Part shown: positions 36,502 through 45,922 of the stretch, piece after piece
Layout of the letters: every line of letters starts with the position of its first letter
Position numbering within the stretch: the stretch's first letter is position 1
IMG/VR virus record: IMGVR_UViG_3300033412_000015
Span: 1-59,682 of that record
DNA length: 59,682 nucleotides
Origin: a virus
Taxonomy: Duplodnaviria > Caudoviricetes
Direction: 5' to 3' (one strand)
Translations under genes and position numbers: made by a program
Notes under the pieces: generated by a model
Databases searched by the model: none
What the model saw: only the letters and a program-made list of their open reading frames with translations
Told to the model about the DNA's origin: nothing

Positions 36502-37010
36502 TTCAGGAAAGTACTATAATTCGTCTACCAGAAATACTAAGAAAGCACAAGCTCTGGATAGAAACAGAAGGTAAAGAAGGCGAATGTGCTGATTTGCGAG
36601 GAGCTTATTTAGAAGGAGTTAATCTGCGAGAGGCTAATCTGCACGGGGCTAATTTGTATAAAGCTTATCTAAAAGATGCTAACTTGCTAGGAGCCAATCT
36701 GAGTAGGGCTAATCTAAAAGGGGCCTATTTAATGGGAGCTAATCTGCATGCAGTTAATTTTGAAGGAGTTAACTTGCAAGGAGCTAGTCTACAAGGAGCT
36801 AATCTAAAGTATGCCGGCATCTTCTCTTTCCAGGCGGGCGTAGATTTCGGTTATTCATTTAACGGCAGGATTAAAATAGGCTGCCATGATTATCCAATAG
36901 AATACTGGTTAGAGAATTACAAACAGATAGGAAAAGCGGCAAAATATACTAAAGAAGAGATTAAGCTTTATGGTTCTATTATTAAATTCATAAGTAAGAA
37001 AGTTAATTAA
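36498..37010 (+). CDS. Pentapeptide-repeat protein
   Basis: Tandem A[DNY]Lxx repeats; HKLW...G...ADL N-cap; IKIGC C-terminal domain. Confidence 0.9.
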   Translation: MIQESTIIRLPEILRKHKLWIETEGKEGECADLRGAYLEGVNLREANLHGANLYKAYLKDANLLGANLSRANLKGAYLMGANLHAVNFEGVNLQGASLQGANLKYAGIFSFQAGVDFGYSFNGRIKIGCHDYPIEYWLENYKQIGKAAKYTKEEIKLYGSIIKFISKKVN

Positions 37011-37012
37011 CC

Positions 37013-37228
37013 ATGCAAACGCAAATCATAAATAACAATGAAGTACGGCAATTCTTCGACTACCTGACGACGCAGCGTAATCGTCTGATGCAAGACTGGT
37101 GGCTCCGTAATCGCGAGATTGGCCCTCTAGTTAATAACATACTGGACCTGCAGGAAGATATTTTGGCGAGGCCTACATTTTACGAGAGTGTGCCGGCGAG
37201 ATTGAAAGCATTGTATGAGCTCGTATGA
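37013..37228 (+). CDS. Hypothetical protein
   Basis: 71 aa, packed in operon. Confidence 0.6.
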   Translation: MQTQIINNNEVRQFFDYLTTQRNRLMQDWWLRNREIGPLVNNILDLQEDILARPTFYESVPARLKALYELV

Positions 37229-37538
37229 CCAATGGGTTAATCGCCTCTGTTACGAGTTGGCGAATGCTGCTCTTGCATCTCTTACGGATAAAGAGATTCT
37301 CGAAAGATGTCCGCATGATTATGGCGCAGAGCCTACAGTGGAACACCGTGAATACTTATGGGGTCAGTTCTTTCAGCACGCGGAAGCACTGGACCCCCTT
37401 GACCTCTGGGATGCCTACCACCGGTTTGTTATTAATAAAGAAGAGCTGCGTGTTCGTGAACCGAATTTCCGCATTATTAGTATCGGCGAGTTCTTTAAAC
37501 TTTTAGGAGACGGCGAAAATGAATCTAATGACAACTAA
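37215..37538 (+). CDS. Hypothetical protein
   Basis: 107 aa, packed in operon. Confidence 0.6.
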   Translation: MSSYDQWVNRLCYELANAALASLTDKEILERCPHDYGAEPTVEHREYLWGQFFQHAEALDPLDLWDAYHRFVINKEELRVREPNFRIISIGEFFKLLGDGENESNDN

Positions 37539-38271
37539 TGTTAACGGCTGGCAGCTTCCAATTATAAGTAGCCTCAACCAATTAATTGAACTCTCGGGCA
37601 ATTGGATTTGTCCTCAACAGAAGGACATTTATAGGGCCATTGAACTGGTACGGCCAGACACTTGTAAAGTGGTTATCCTAGGCCAAGACCCTTACCATAC
37701 TGTTGGCAAGGCAAATGGGTTAGCATTCGGTCTGCATCGGAATTACAAGGGAAGCATCCGTTATTCTTCATTTGGTAATATTATTGGCGAGGTAGAAAGG
37801 TGGGCCCGTGACCAGAGCATACCTCAATGTTACACTGACGTAAGCCTTTCTATTGATACTTCTCTTGAGAGCTGGGCGCGGCAAGGCGTTCTTCTTTTAA
37901 ATACCCGTCTAACTGTCGAGCCGGGCAAACCGCTCTCTCATTCAGGCTTCGGTTGGGAACTCGTTGTTGCAAGCATACTTGCGCAGGTTCCAATAGATGC
38001 AGTGTGGCTCTTGTGGGGGGCTCAGGCCCGCATTATCGGCGAAGAATTCTCGCGGCCCGACCTCACGCTAACGGCTTCGCATCCCAGTAAGTACAGTGCA
38101 TCTCGACGTACTGGCACCAAGGTACCCGCATTCAATGGCTGTAATTGTTTTACGGCGGCTAATAAACTTCTCGTTAATTTAGGAAAGGAACCAATTCAAT
38201 GGGCAACGTTATCCCCTTCAGGCGCTCCACTGCTTATGGAAAGCAACTTGACTTTATCCTCTGGTTATTAA
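37519..38271 (+). CDS. ung: Uracil-DNA glycosylase, family 1
   Basis: VVILGQDPYH, ANGLAF, WARQGVLLLNT, LWG, SHPS motifs. Confidence 0.93.
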   Translation: MNLMTTNVNGWQLPIISSLNQLIELSGNWICPQQKDIYRAIELVRPDTCKVVILGQDPYHTVGKANGLAFGLHRNYKGSIRYSSFGNIIGEVERWARDQSIPQCYTDVSLSIDTSLESWARQGVLLLNTRLTVEPGKPLSHSGFGWELVVASILAQVPIDAVWLLWGAQARIIGEEFSRPDLTLTASHPSKYSASRRTGTKVPAFNGCNCFTAANKLLVNLGKEPIQWATLSPSGAPLLMESNLTLSSGY

Positions 38272-38381
38272 AGAATGAACCTATAATCTTTAGGGAGGCA
38301 ATGGAAAACAACTATGAACTACTGGGAACAGCGCGAGAAAATGCGCCAGAAAATCAAAGAGATGAACAGTGCAGTAATTAG
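38199..38381 (+). CDS. Hypothetical protein
   Basis: 60 aa, AAGGA RBS, overlaps the ung 3' end. Confidence 0.5.
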   Translation: MGNVIPFRRSTAYGKQLDFILWLLKNEPIIFREAMENNYELLGTARENAPENQRDEQCSN

Positions 38382-38628
38382 ACGGTTGGGACTTAGGAAA
38401 GTTGTTCCAATTCCTCCTAAAGTTTTCCCGAAATATACCGATAAGATAGTAGAGGGTAAATTATTAACGTTCCCTGTAAAGGAACAGAAAGTGAGTGAAT
38501 CGAATGAGAGCATCAGCAGTACTAACAGCAACCCTAGTAGTTGGCCTCTTCCTACAGACGGTGGGATTCTCGGCCCCAGCGAAAGTTCCAGCACCAGCAC
38601 CGAAAGTGATACTGAAGATAAATCCTAA
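38314..38628 (+). CDS. Hypothetical protein
   Basis: 104 aa; Ser-rich tail overlaps the next gene. Confidence 0.45.
   Translation: MNYWEQREKMRQKIKEMNSAVIRRLGLRKVVPIPPKVFPKYTDKIVEGKLLTFPVKEQKVSESNESISSTNSNPSSWPLPTDGGILGPSESSSTSTESDTEDKS
38418..38444 (+). promoter_or_regulatory. Sigma-28-type promoter
   Basis: TAAAGTTT-N11-ACCGATAA upstream of the exported ClpP-like gene. Confidence 0.75.
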
Positions 38629-39268
38629 GCGCACAGTAGAAGTTATTGACATTGTAGATAGCGACATTCTCGGCGAGGCACAGAAACTTAGCAATTTCGC
38701 GGCCGATAGTAAGGACCCTATCTACGTACTTCTTAATAGCCCAGGCGGCATTATTATCTTCGGCCAGTCTTTCATTGATGCAATGGAACAGGCACGGGCG
38801 AAAGGCATTGAAATTACTTGTGTAACTGGTGTGCTGGCCGCAAGCATGGCCTTCAACATGCTAGCCCATTGCGACAATCGTTATGCTCTCCGTCACAGTA
38901 AGCTGTTGTTTCACCCGGCGCGTATAGGAAGTCGCGAACCTCTATCGGCAGACATGTTGATGGAAGCCTATAAGGACCTGGTGAGAATTGAAAAATATTC
39001 TATCCCAGAAATACAACAGATGATGGGCATGAGTGATGAACAATTTATTTACCACTATAAGCGAGAAACAATGTGGGATGCAGAACAATTAATTGACGCA
39101 TCACCTAAACCTTGGTTGAAACTGGTTGATGACGTTGAAGGCACGAAGAAGTTGTTTACAATCAGCCGTCCTCGTCCATTCTTTCTGTTCGGTCAGTTGT
39201 TTTCAATAAAACCTTATGCGCTTATCCACATCATGCGTAACTTCGACCACCAGTTATTGGGGCACTGA
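38495..39268 (+). CDS. ClpP-fold serine protease with N-terminal signal peptide
   Basis: PIYVLLNSPGG, AASMA (Ser), LLFH (His); MRASAVLTATLVVGLFLQTVGFSA leader. Confidence 0.75.
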   Translation: MNRMRASAVLTATLVVGLFLQTVGFSAPAKVPAPAPKVILKINPKRTVEVIDIVDSDILGEAQKLSNFAADSKDPIYVLLNSPGGIIIFGQSFIDAMEQARAKGIEITCVTGVLAASMAFNMLAHCDNRYALRHSKLLFHPARIGSREPLSADMLMEAYKDLVRIEKYSIPEIQQMMGMSDEQFIYHYKRETMWDAEQLIDASPKPWLKLVDDVEGTKKLFTISRPRPFFLFGQLFSIKPYALIHIMRNFDHQLLGH

Positions 39269-39271
39269 GCA

Positions 39272-39580
39272 ATGACACACAAGGTAAAGACCTGGCTACG
39301 TTTCCAGGATGTCACAGACTTCGTATATGCAAAGCAAGTGATAGCCCTAACTGGGCTGTCCTTCGATGAGTTCATTAATTACAGTATCATGAAAGAAATG
39401 GGCCGAGTAATAGCTAAAGCAAAAAAGGAACAGGAAAATGCGAGGTCTACTAATTCAGAGCCTGAAGGAAATATTGTCGACCAGGGGAACAGTCAAAATG
39501 CTGATAGTGCAGGACTGGAAAACGCGGCGAGTAGTGTGGATACGGATACCCCAGGAGCTAGCGAATTACGACCAGAATGA
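39272..39580 (+). CDS. Possible ribbon-helix-helix DNA-binding protein
   Basis: KTWLRF...TGLSFDEFINYSI pattern with a disordered tail. Confidence 0.45.
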   Translation: MTHKVKTWLRFQDVTDFVYAKQVIALTGLSFDEFINYSIMKEMGRVIAKAKKEQENARSTNSEPEGNIVDQGNSQNADSAGLENAASSVDTDTPGASELRPE

Positions 39581-39640
39581 ATCTAGGTGGCGTTACATGG
39601 GATGTGTAGACTAGTATAACAACTAACAGGAGAACTGACG

Positions 39641-40006
39641 GTGAGCGGCAAGAAATTTGATAACGGGAAACCAGATTTATCCCTCTGTCCAAGCATTGCA
39701 TTAAAAGAGATGGCGTTTGCCTTAATGTTAGGTGAACAGAAATACGGTCGTTACAATTACTGCGGTGGCTTAGAGGCCAGTAGACTTATTGGAGCAGCTC
39801 TCCGTCACCTGACAGCTTGGAATGACGGCGAGGACAACGACCCTGAAAGTGGCCACTCGCATTTAGGAAATGCATTAGCATGCATTGCAATGATACTAAG
39901 GACGGCAGAACTGGGCACGCTTAAGGACAATAGATTCCAGAACAGAATTGTACCTGTATCTCTCTGCGCACCTACACCCTTTCAGAAGGAAGTTAACAAT
40001 GGTTAG
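39641..40006 (+). CDS. DUF5664-type dATP/dGTP diphosphohydrolase domain protein
   Basis: GKKFDNGKPDLSL...GEQKYGRYNY...AALRHL.AW..GED.DPESG.SHL. Confidence 0.85.
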   Translation: MSGKKFDNGKPDLSLCPSIALKEMAFALMLGEQKYGRYNYCGGLEASRLIGAALRHLTAWNDGEDNDPESGHSHLGNALACIAMILRTAELGTLKDNRFQNRIVPVSLCAPTPFQKEVNNG

Positions 40007-40973
40007 TATTAAGGACCTATTTGAGCGGGGCAGAGCTGCATTAGTTGCGTCTGGTAAGGAAACGGAGGCAGGCAAGAAGGGTATTCTTCGTGCAGGCAAT
40101 ACAGGCATTGTTGCATTGGATGGTACTATCATTGGCAAGTGTGCCCGTCTCACCTATTTGCGCATGAAAGGCATCACCGTTGAAGAGCACGATGCTAACC
40201 GCGAACTGATGTTTGATGGGGGCCGAAGCAATGAAGATAGTTGGATTGAAGTTCTTAAGGCAGCTAACGAACCAGGTATCATTTTCCTCCGCGAGGAAGA
40301 GATTCCCATTAGCTGGACAACTTCTAATGGCACGCTTGTAACTGGCCGGCCTGATATCGTCCTTGTTAAGGAAGGCGTGGATGCAAATGGTTCGCCTGTT
40401 CGAGAACCTGTTAAGGGCATTGAGTTAAAACAAGTCAGTAGTATCTGGACCGCTCGCGACGTGGCATTCAATCTCAAGCCGAAGATGCCACACCTCCTAC
40501 AGGCGGCTCATTACAGTTGGCAATTAAAGGTTCCCTTTGAACTTTGGTATACCAGTAGGACGGACTTCGCAATAGGCAGTGGGTGGGAACAGAAACAATT
40601 TCCAAAGGATAGCGCAATCATTGACTACAATCCAAATGGCGGCGCGAAGAAAGTGCTGCCATTCATGCAAGGATTCGAGCTAGGTTGGAACGACAAGCAG
40701 CAATTAATGTACAGACCTGTCGGGTCTGGTGATAGTGCATGGAAGTACACTCTCATTACAATTGACGGCATACGCCAATACTACGAGCTAGTATCTACCA
40801 TGGAGACTACAGATAGATTGCCGCCTTGCCCCAAGAACATTGAGGCTGACGGCAAGGTTGGAGGTTATAGCATCTGTGATTACTGCCCACTGAAGAGTGT
40901 CTGCAAGGGTAAATCCTACGGTGGGTTACAGGAATGGTTAAAGGCAGTGGCGGAATTGACCGATAAGAAATAA
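39999..40973 (+). CDS. Cas4-like PD-(D/E)XK exonuclease
   Basis: N-terminal CARL, GRPD...ELK, Q...Y, C-terminal CDYCPLKSVC (Fe-S-type cysteines). Confidence 0.75.
   Translation: MVSIKDLFERGRAALVASGKETEAGKKGILRAGNTGIVALDGTIIGKCARLTYLRMKGITVEEHDANRELMFDGGRSNEDSWIEVLKAANEPGIIFLREEEIPISWTTSNGTLVTGRPDIVLVKEGVDANGSPVREPVKGIELKQVSSIWTARDVAFNLKPKMPHLLQAAHYSWQLKVPFELWYTSRTDFAIGSGWEQKQFPKDSAIIDYNPNGGAKKVLPFMQGFELGWNDKQQLMYRPVGSGDSAWKYTLITIDGIRQYYELVSTMETTDRLPPCPKNIEADGKVGGYSICDYCPLKSVCKGKSYGGLQEWLKAVAELTDKK
40939..40966 (+). promoter_or_regulatory. Possible sigma-28-type promoter
   Basis: TAAAGGCA-N12-ACCGATAA at the gene end, upstream of 41034 and polA. Confidence 0.55.
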
Positions 40974-41033
40974 TGAAAGGCTAGTTGCATGGGGCAGCTA
41001 GTGTTCAGAGTCTAGAATATAGGAGTTTTATTT

Positions 41034-41456
41034 ATGGAAAATCAATCACACGAGACAGCAGCGGCACCCTCATTGGTGCTATCTTTCGCAGTCCCAACAG
41101 ACGGCAAAGATGAAAAGGGTAATGTTATTTACGGTAAGTACACAAAGATTGGTGAACTCGAAGCAGTAACAACCTCAGGCCGTTCATACTTAACCACGAA
41201 AGATATCGAAGGCAACACCTACTACGTTAATAGCGTAAAGGAAGCTGGCCCAAAGAGTCCAAAGAAAGTCTTAAGTGTACTGCGCAATGGTGCAGAAGAA
41301 TCAGAATTGTTGAGTGGTCTATTTGAGCGTCCCTATTCAGATGGCACGAAGAGTCTAAAAGGAAAGAGCCGTGACAATGGAATCAAGTATGCAATCTTCA
41401 TCAACAATCCTTCATCCAGTGTTAAGCGAGCTCCTGCAACAGCAGCAGATTTATAA
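41034..41456 (+). CDS. Possible ssDNA-binding protein (tandem DUF736/PC4-like beta modules)
   Basis: Two modules KIGEL....SGRSYL and LSGLF....DGTKSL; lies between exonuclease and polymerase. Confidence 0.35.
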   Translation: MENQSHETAAAPSLVLSFAVPTDGKDEKGNVIYGKYTKIGELEAVTTSGRSYLTTKDIEGNTYYVNSVKEAGPKSPKKVLSVLRNGAEESELLSGLFERPYSDGTKSLKGKSRDNGIKYAIFINNPSSSVKRAPATAADL

Positions 41457-41563
41457 TCTCGCATCCGACTCTTGGACGTTTGGCAGCTATTGGTTGTTTA
41501 ATGCGGAATGTATTCGCCTGAATCAATTCAAAGGTTTATCAATGCAACGAGGGAGTACGGAAC

Positions 41564-43954
41564 TTGCGACAGGAAAAAGACCAATCTTTCAGCCTCCTCA
41601 GTCCCGTACAAGTAGCGGCTCGAACCGACAAGCTTTCTGTCCTCCCTCCAATAAACGACCCCAGCACTGACCTATCCTTTATCTTCACTGAAAGACCTTC
41701 ACCTTCGGCCATCATGGCTATCGACTTCGAAACCCGGGGAGACTACACCTCTCCGGGCTCCACCCCTGTCGGGGTAGGGCTGTCTGACGAGCGGGGCAGT
41801 TGGTACATTGATTTCAAGGAATCGCGGCCCGATACCTACGAGTGGATAATGCGCCGTCTAGCGGCCGATAGGGTCCCCTTGATTGGACACAACTTGTTCT
41901 TCGATGCAGCTTGGCCCTTGAGAGACCTTGGACTGTGGCTCAATTGGCGGCACTGCACCTACGCATTGTACAAGCTCCTTGCAACGGAGGGATGGACGGG
42001 CCAGAAGTGGGGCCTTAAGAATGCTCAGGTGGACCTACTCGGTTGGCCTGAAAGTAACGAGGCCGAGCTAGATAGTTGGCTCGTTAACAATGGATTCGGC
42101 AAGCGGCAGCGTTCTTCCACGACGGGTGAGGAAATCCTGCGCCCAGTTAAGGGCGAGATGTGGCGTGCTCCCAAGGAAATATTGGGCCGTTACTGCGCCC
42201 TCGACGCCGATAGTACCTTCCTCCTTTACACTTCAGTACTCCTGCCAGCACTGGAAAGATTCAATGCCCTTAAAATTTACTGCAGCGAACCCTACATTAA
42301 TTACGTAAGATTACTTATTGAGCAGAAGTTATCCGGTCTCCTCGTGGACCGTAAGAAACTGAAGAGATATAACGGCCGGCTCCTTAAAGAAATTGAACAG
42401 GCGAAAAACGCAATCCTATCGGCTCCTGAAATACAGCCCTTTATGACGGCGCGTTTGAATACAGTGCTCGGCTCGCATCAGGCGAAGGAACCAGAGAAAT
42501 ACCTTAAACGCAAGATTGGCGCCGAACCCAAGAAGATTAATAAGGACGGCAGCACTAGCAAGCAATGGCAAGCCTGGTGGGATAGGCAGCAATTGCCCCC
42601 AACACTCAGCAAGAACTGGGAGAAATGGAACGAGCGCAAGTTAGAGATAGAAGGTAATCCCACTGCTTGCTTTAATCTCAACAGCCAGCTTCAGAAGAAA
42701 GCTCTCTTTTACGAACACCTGTGTAAGGATTGGAAGGAAGGCACTGATGATAGGGGCGAGCAGTTCTTCAGTATAACCTTCAATGGGCGGACAGTGGAGC
42801 TGCCTGCAACGGACAGTGGGCAGCCTCCGCTGGATAAGAAGGCAATGAAAATCTTTGGACCTGTAGGTAAACTATTCCTGAATTATCAGGACCTCATTAA
42901 GGAGCAACAATATGTACTTTCCTGTCTTATGGTCTTGGGTGAAGACTCCATTCTACATCCCAGTTTTCGTGTGCCTGGAACTCTTACTGGTCGTCTCGCG
43001 GGTGGCGGAACGACTGTCAAGAAAGAACACCCAGATACTGGAAAGCCTGCGGAATTCACTATTAACATCCAACAGATACCAAAGAGCGCTGGCTACCTCA
43101 GCTGTTTCATCCCAAGGCCCGGTTGCATCTGGGTTGACTGCGACCATGCTGCGCTCGAACAGGTTGTACTTGCAGAACTTTCCAGGGACAGCACTCTCGA
43201 TAAATTATATGGGCCGGGCGCTCAACCCCACGATGTATACCTCTTTAATGGAGCAAGCCTCCCAGGTATCGGTGAACGCATTAGGGCAGCAGGCTACTCT
43301 ACAGAAAGTCCGACGGCCAGCAGCACCAAAAGGGCCAAAGAAGTCTGCAAGAAAGAGCGGCAAGTTGCGAAAATCGTAACGCTGGGCAGCTCCTACGGAA
43401 TGGGGGCACCTAAGTTGAAGCGTACTCTCATGCTCGAAGGTATTGATATTACACTGCAGGAGGCCCGCGATATTCACAAGGCGTATTGGCAATTGTACCA
43501 GGGCGTCAAGGTATACGAGAAGGAACTCCTAAGGCAGTACGACAACAACAAGCAGTGGGTTCTCAATGGAATCGGCAGACCCTTAGGTATCTACGAGCCC
43601 TACAAGAGAGACATTGTTAATCGTGTGGTGCAAAGTACTGGACACGATGTGCATCTCTTTTATATACTAATAACTGCTGACCTCCTCAATCAGGCAGGCA
43701 TCAATTGGCGGCCCATCATCATTGACTTCCATGACCAGATGATTGTAGAGGTTGCTGAAAAGGATGCCCCTAGGGTGAAAGAAATAATGGGACAGGAAGC
43801 TTACAGTAGGCTTAACGCCTTGCTAAACGGTAGATTGAAACTGAAGGGCGACGCACAGATTGTAAAGAATATGGCAGAGGCGAAGTGTGCGAAAGAGGAC
43901 ATTGAACAGTATCTTAAGGACCTGGGTGTCCTGGGGGATGGCGGAGATGAGTAA
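41564..43954 (+). CDS. polA: Family A DNA polymerase with 3'-5' exonuclease
   Basis: ExoI DFET, ExoII HNLFFD, ExoIII YCALD; TLTGRL, NIQQIP, motif A DHAALE, motif B RQVAKIVTLGSSYG, motif C HDQ; start uncertain. Confidence 0.92.
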   Translation: MRQEKDQSFSLLSPVQVAARTDKLSVLPPINDPSTDLSFIFTERPSPSAIMAIDFETRGDYTSPGSTPVGVGLSDERGSWYIDFKESRPDTYEWIMRRLAADRVPLIGHNLFFDAAWPLRDLGLWLNWRHCTYALYKLLATEGWTGQKWGLKNAQVDLLGWPESNEAELDSWLVNNGFGKRQRSSTTGEEILRPVKGEMWRAPKEILGRYCALDADSTFLLYTSVLLPALERFNALKIYCSEPYINYVRLLIEQKLSGLLVDRKKLKRYNGRLLKEIEQAKNAILSAPEIQPFMTARLNTVLGSHQAKEPEKYLKRKIGAEPKKINKDGSTSKQWQAWWDRQQLPPTLSKNWEKWNERKLEIEGNPTACFNLNSQLQKKALFYEHLCKDWKEGTDDRGEQFFSITFNGRTVELPATDSGQPPLDKKAMKIFGPVGKLFLNYQDLIKEQQYVLSCLMVLGEDSILHPSFRVPGTLTGRLAGGGTTVKKEHPDTGKPAEFTINIQQIPKSAGYLSCFIPRPGCIWVDCDHAALEQVVLAELSRDSTLDKLYGPGAQPHDVYLFNGASLPGIGERIRAAGYSTESPTASSTKRAKEVCKKERQVAKIVTLGSSYGMGAPKLKRTLMLEGIDITLQEARDIHKAYWQLYQGVKVYEKELLRQYDNNKQWVLNGIGRPLGIYEPYKRDIVNRVVQSTGHDVHLFYILITADLLNQAGINWRPIIIDFHDQMIVEVAEKDAPRVKEIMGQEAYSRLNALLNGRLKLKGDAQIVKNMAEAKCAKEDIEQYLKDLGVLGDGGDE

Positions 43955-43978
43955 CCATGAAATGCGTGAGGTACGAAC

Positions 43979-44518
43979 TTGAGTAAACTATCGGACAGTA
44001 TTGAACCATTAACCTCGCTAGTGCTATCTGGCCACCTCCTAGCTATTGACCCGTCGTCAGGCAGCAGACAATCCTTACCCGGCTACGCAATATTCAAAGC
44101 GGGCCACCTCGTGGATAGTGGCAAGATAGAAATCCAATACAAGGAAGACCTTCATCGGCGCTTGTTTTACTTGTCTAAAATATTACGCGAGCAATTCGAA
44201 CGGCCTGACATTTTGATTACTGAGAATGTGCCGCCAGTAATGTTAGGCAAAGGGTTCTTCAATAAATCGATGCTATCTCTCCAGAAGAGTATCGGCGTCG
44301 TTATCAGCTGTTTCGATTGTCCACTGATTGAAGTAGCTCCTGTAAGCTGGCGTCAACACATACCAGAAAATTACAACAAGACGGATGAGGCAGACGCAAT
44401 CATGATGGGATTAACCTGCCTTCGTGTGGCCAGTACTTTCACAGGAGTACCGGCGCAACCTATTGATGCTCGCCTGTTACACAAGTTAACGACGGGCGAA
44501 TGGGGGACCGAAGTATGA
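43979..44518 (+). CDS. RuvC-like Holliday junction resolvase
   Basis: LLAIDPS, LITE, DEADAI acidic motifs. Confidence 0.8.
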   Translation: MSKLSDSIEPLTSLVLSGHLLAIDPSSGSRQSLPGYAIFKAGHLVDSGKIEIQYKEDLHRRLFYLSKILREQFERPDILITENVPPVMLGKGFFNKSMLSLQKSIGVVISCFDCPLIEVAPVSWRQHIPENYNKTDEADAIMMGLTCLRVASTFTGVPAQPIDARLLHKLTTGEWGTEV

Positions 44519-44709
44519 CCCGGGCAGAAATGATTGAAGAACTGGCAGCAATGCTATGCACACAGGTGGACTGGGACAGTGACTACCCTGCTCTCCGTTT
44601 CTTCTATTACCCACACGGCGAGTTTGTATTCGGTGAAATGGAACCAGTAGTTTCCACAATACTGCTAAAGCTCCGTGAGACTCTTGCCGATAAGAATGAT
44701 GAGGAGTGA
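44515..44709 (+). CDS. Hypothetical protein
   Basis: ATGA-coupled to the previous gene. Confidence 0.6.
   Translation: MTRAEMIEELAAMLCTQVDWDSDYPALRFFYYPHGEFVFGEMEPVVSTILLKLRETLADKNDEE
44666..44693 (+). promoter_or_regulatory. Sigma-28-type promoter
   Basis: TAAAGCTC-N12-GCCGATAA just before the second ClpP-like gene. Confidence 0.65.
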
Positions 44710-45278
44710 GAATTATGGCCAGACGAGCAACTGAAAAGATAGAACTGTTCTTTAATCAGGGTCTTGACGTGGATGCCCGCATACTGAAGTGCTTCTCCTA
44801 TAGCGATAGTTCAGGTGACGAGGCAGGCGTAGATTGGCAGCTGGCCGACACTATAATTACTGGCCTTTCTGTGCTGGAAACACTGGACGCAGAGAAGCCA
44901 ATAACCTTACTAATTAATAATCACGGCGGCGAAGATGACCACTGCCGCGCCATCATGGCCGCTATCCGTAACTGCAAGGCGCCTGTACATGGGCTCGTAT
45001 TGGGGCGTGCAGAAAGTGCAGCTGCTTGGATATTCCAATCCTGCGACCATAGGATTATGGACCCTTTATCTAATTTGATGTTCCACATGGGAAGCGGCAC
45101 GAAGAACCGACATAGTAAACACATCGATGACGTCTTTACGGAAATCCTCTTGCGGCGCCTAAGGGGTAAGGACCCCTCGTATCCAAAGGCTAAACTGGTA
45201 CGACAGTTGCACGAGGATTGGTACGTGTATCCCACGCAAGCTCTAGAGTTAGGACTTGCTGACGAAATACTAGAATAG
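44706..45278 (+). CDS. ClpP-like protease subunit
   Basis: PITLLINNHGG, GRAESAA (Ser), LMFH (His), QALELGLADEI. Confidence 0.85.
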   Translation: MRIMARRATEKIELFFNQGLDVDARILKCFSYSDSSGDEAGVDWQLADTIITGLSVLETLDAEKPITLLINNHGGEDDHCRAIMAAIRNCKAPVHGLVLGRAESAAAWIFQSCDHRIMDPLSNLMFHMGSGTKNRHSKHIDDVFTEILLRRLRGKDPSYPKAKLVRQLHEDWYVYPTQALELGLADEILE

Positions 45279-45292
45279 GAGGAGGACAAGCG

Positions 45293-45640
45293 ATGGAAAA
45301 TAAACCGAACTTTCGATACATGGATAGGCAAGCACTGAGACGCGCCGCAATGTCAGGCATCTTCGAACTGAGCACGGGGGACGGCAAGACTCTCAAGGTG
45401 GGTGACAAGATTAGGTGGCGTAATCACCAAGGCGTGACTGGCACCATTCTCCGATTTGCTGACTACGATACGGCAACCATAACAGTAGATGAACCCTACT
45501 ACGGGAACAGTCAGTTACTCGTGTGGCTTGACGAATTGGAACTACTTGACGGTAGCGGTCCCTGCGACCACGAGTGGGAAAAGCGTCCCCTGTTTACGGG
45601 CCATTTCATGAGGTGCCGCAAATGTGGCGAAGAGTGTTAG
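45293..45640 (+). CDS. SH3/KOW-like protein with C-terminal Zn module
   Basis: LKVGDKIRW...TGTI; CDHEW...LFT...CRKC. Confidence 0.6.
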   Translation: MENKPNFRYMDRQALRRAAMSGIFELSTGDGKTLKVGDKIRWRNHQGVTGTILRFADYDTATITVDEPYYGNSQLLVWLDELELLDGSGPCDHEWEKRPLFTGHFMRCRKCGEEC

Positions 45641-45921
45641 GATATTCCTATGTATTGACACTGGTGTCGATTGTCGGGTGTATCACAGCGGGTACGGGCC
45701 CCGCTTACCCTTACGAACCCTTCCCTTCTGACGGCCGGCACTGCTTGCAGGTAACCAGCGTTGCCCCAGCAAAACCAGGCACCGACTTGTGGGAAGTTCA
45801 GTATGCTGCATTAAGGTGTGGAATTCTTTATGGTAGTAATTATTGTCTAAAGAAATTGATAAAAACTGGCGATAAGAGTTATAGGGCCATTTGTGGTAAA
45901 CGGCCTGAGGGAGGAAATTAA
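45634..45921 (+). CDS. Putative lipoprotein
   Basis: Hydrophobic leader ending IVGC; four further Cys; start uncertain. Confidence 0.45.
   Translation: MLGYSYVLTLVSIVGCITAGTGPAYPYEPFPSDGRHCLQVTSVAPAKPGTDLWEVQYAALRCGILYGSNYCLKKLIKTGDKSYRAICGKRPEGGN
45848..45875 (+). promoter_or_regulatory. Possible sigma-28-type promoter
   Basis: TAAAGAAA-N12-GGCGATAA upstream of 45923. Confidence 0.4.
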
Positions 45922-45922
45922 A

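Noticed and set aside
39641-40006. Z-genome (2-aminoadenine) system
   Set aside because: No PurZ-like or DatZ-like gene recognised; DUF5664 alone is insufficient
39999-40973. Cas4 as part of a CRISPR-Cas locus
   Set aside because: No other cas genes or array; stand-alone Cas4-like nucleases are routine in phage replication modules
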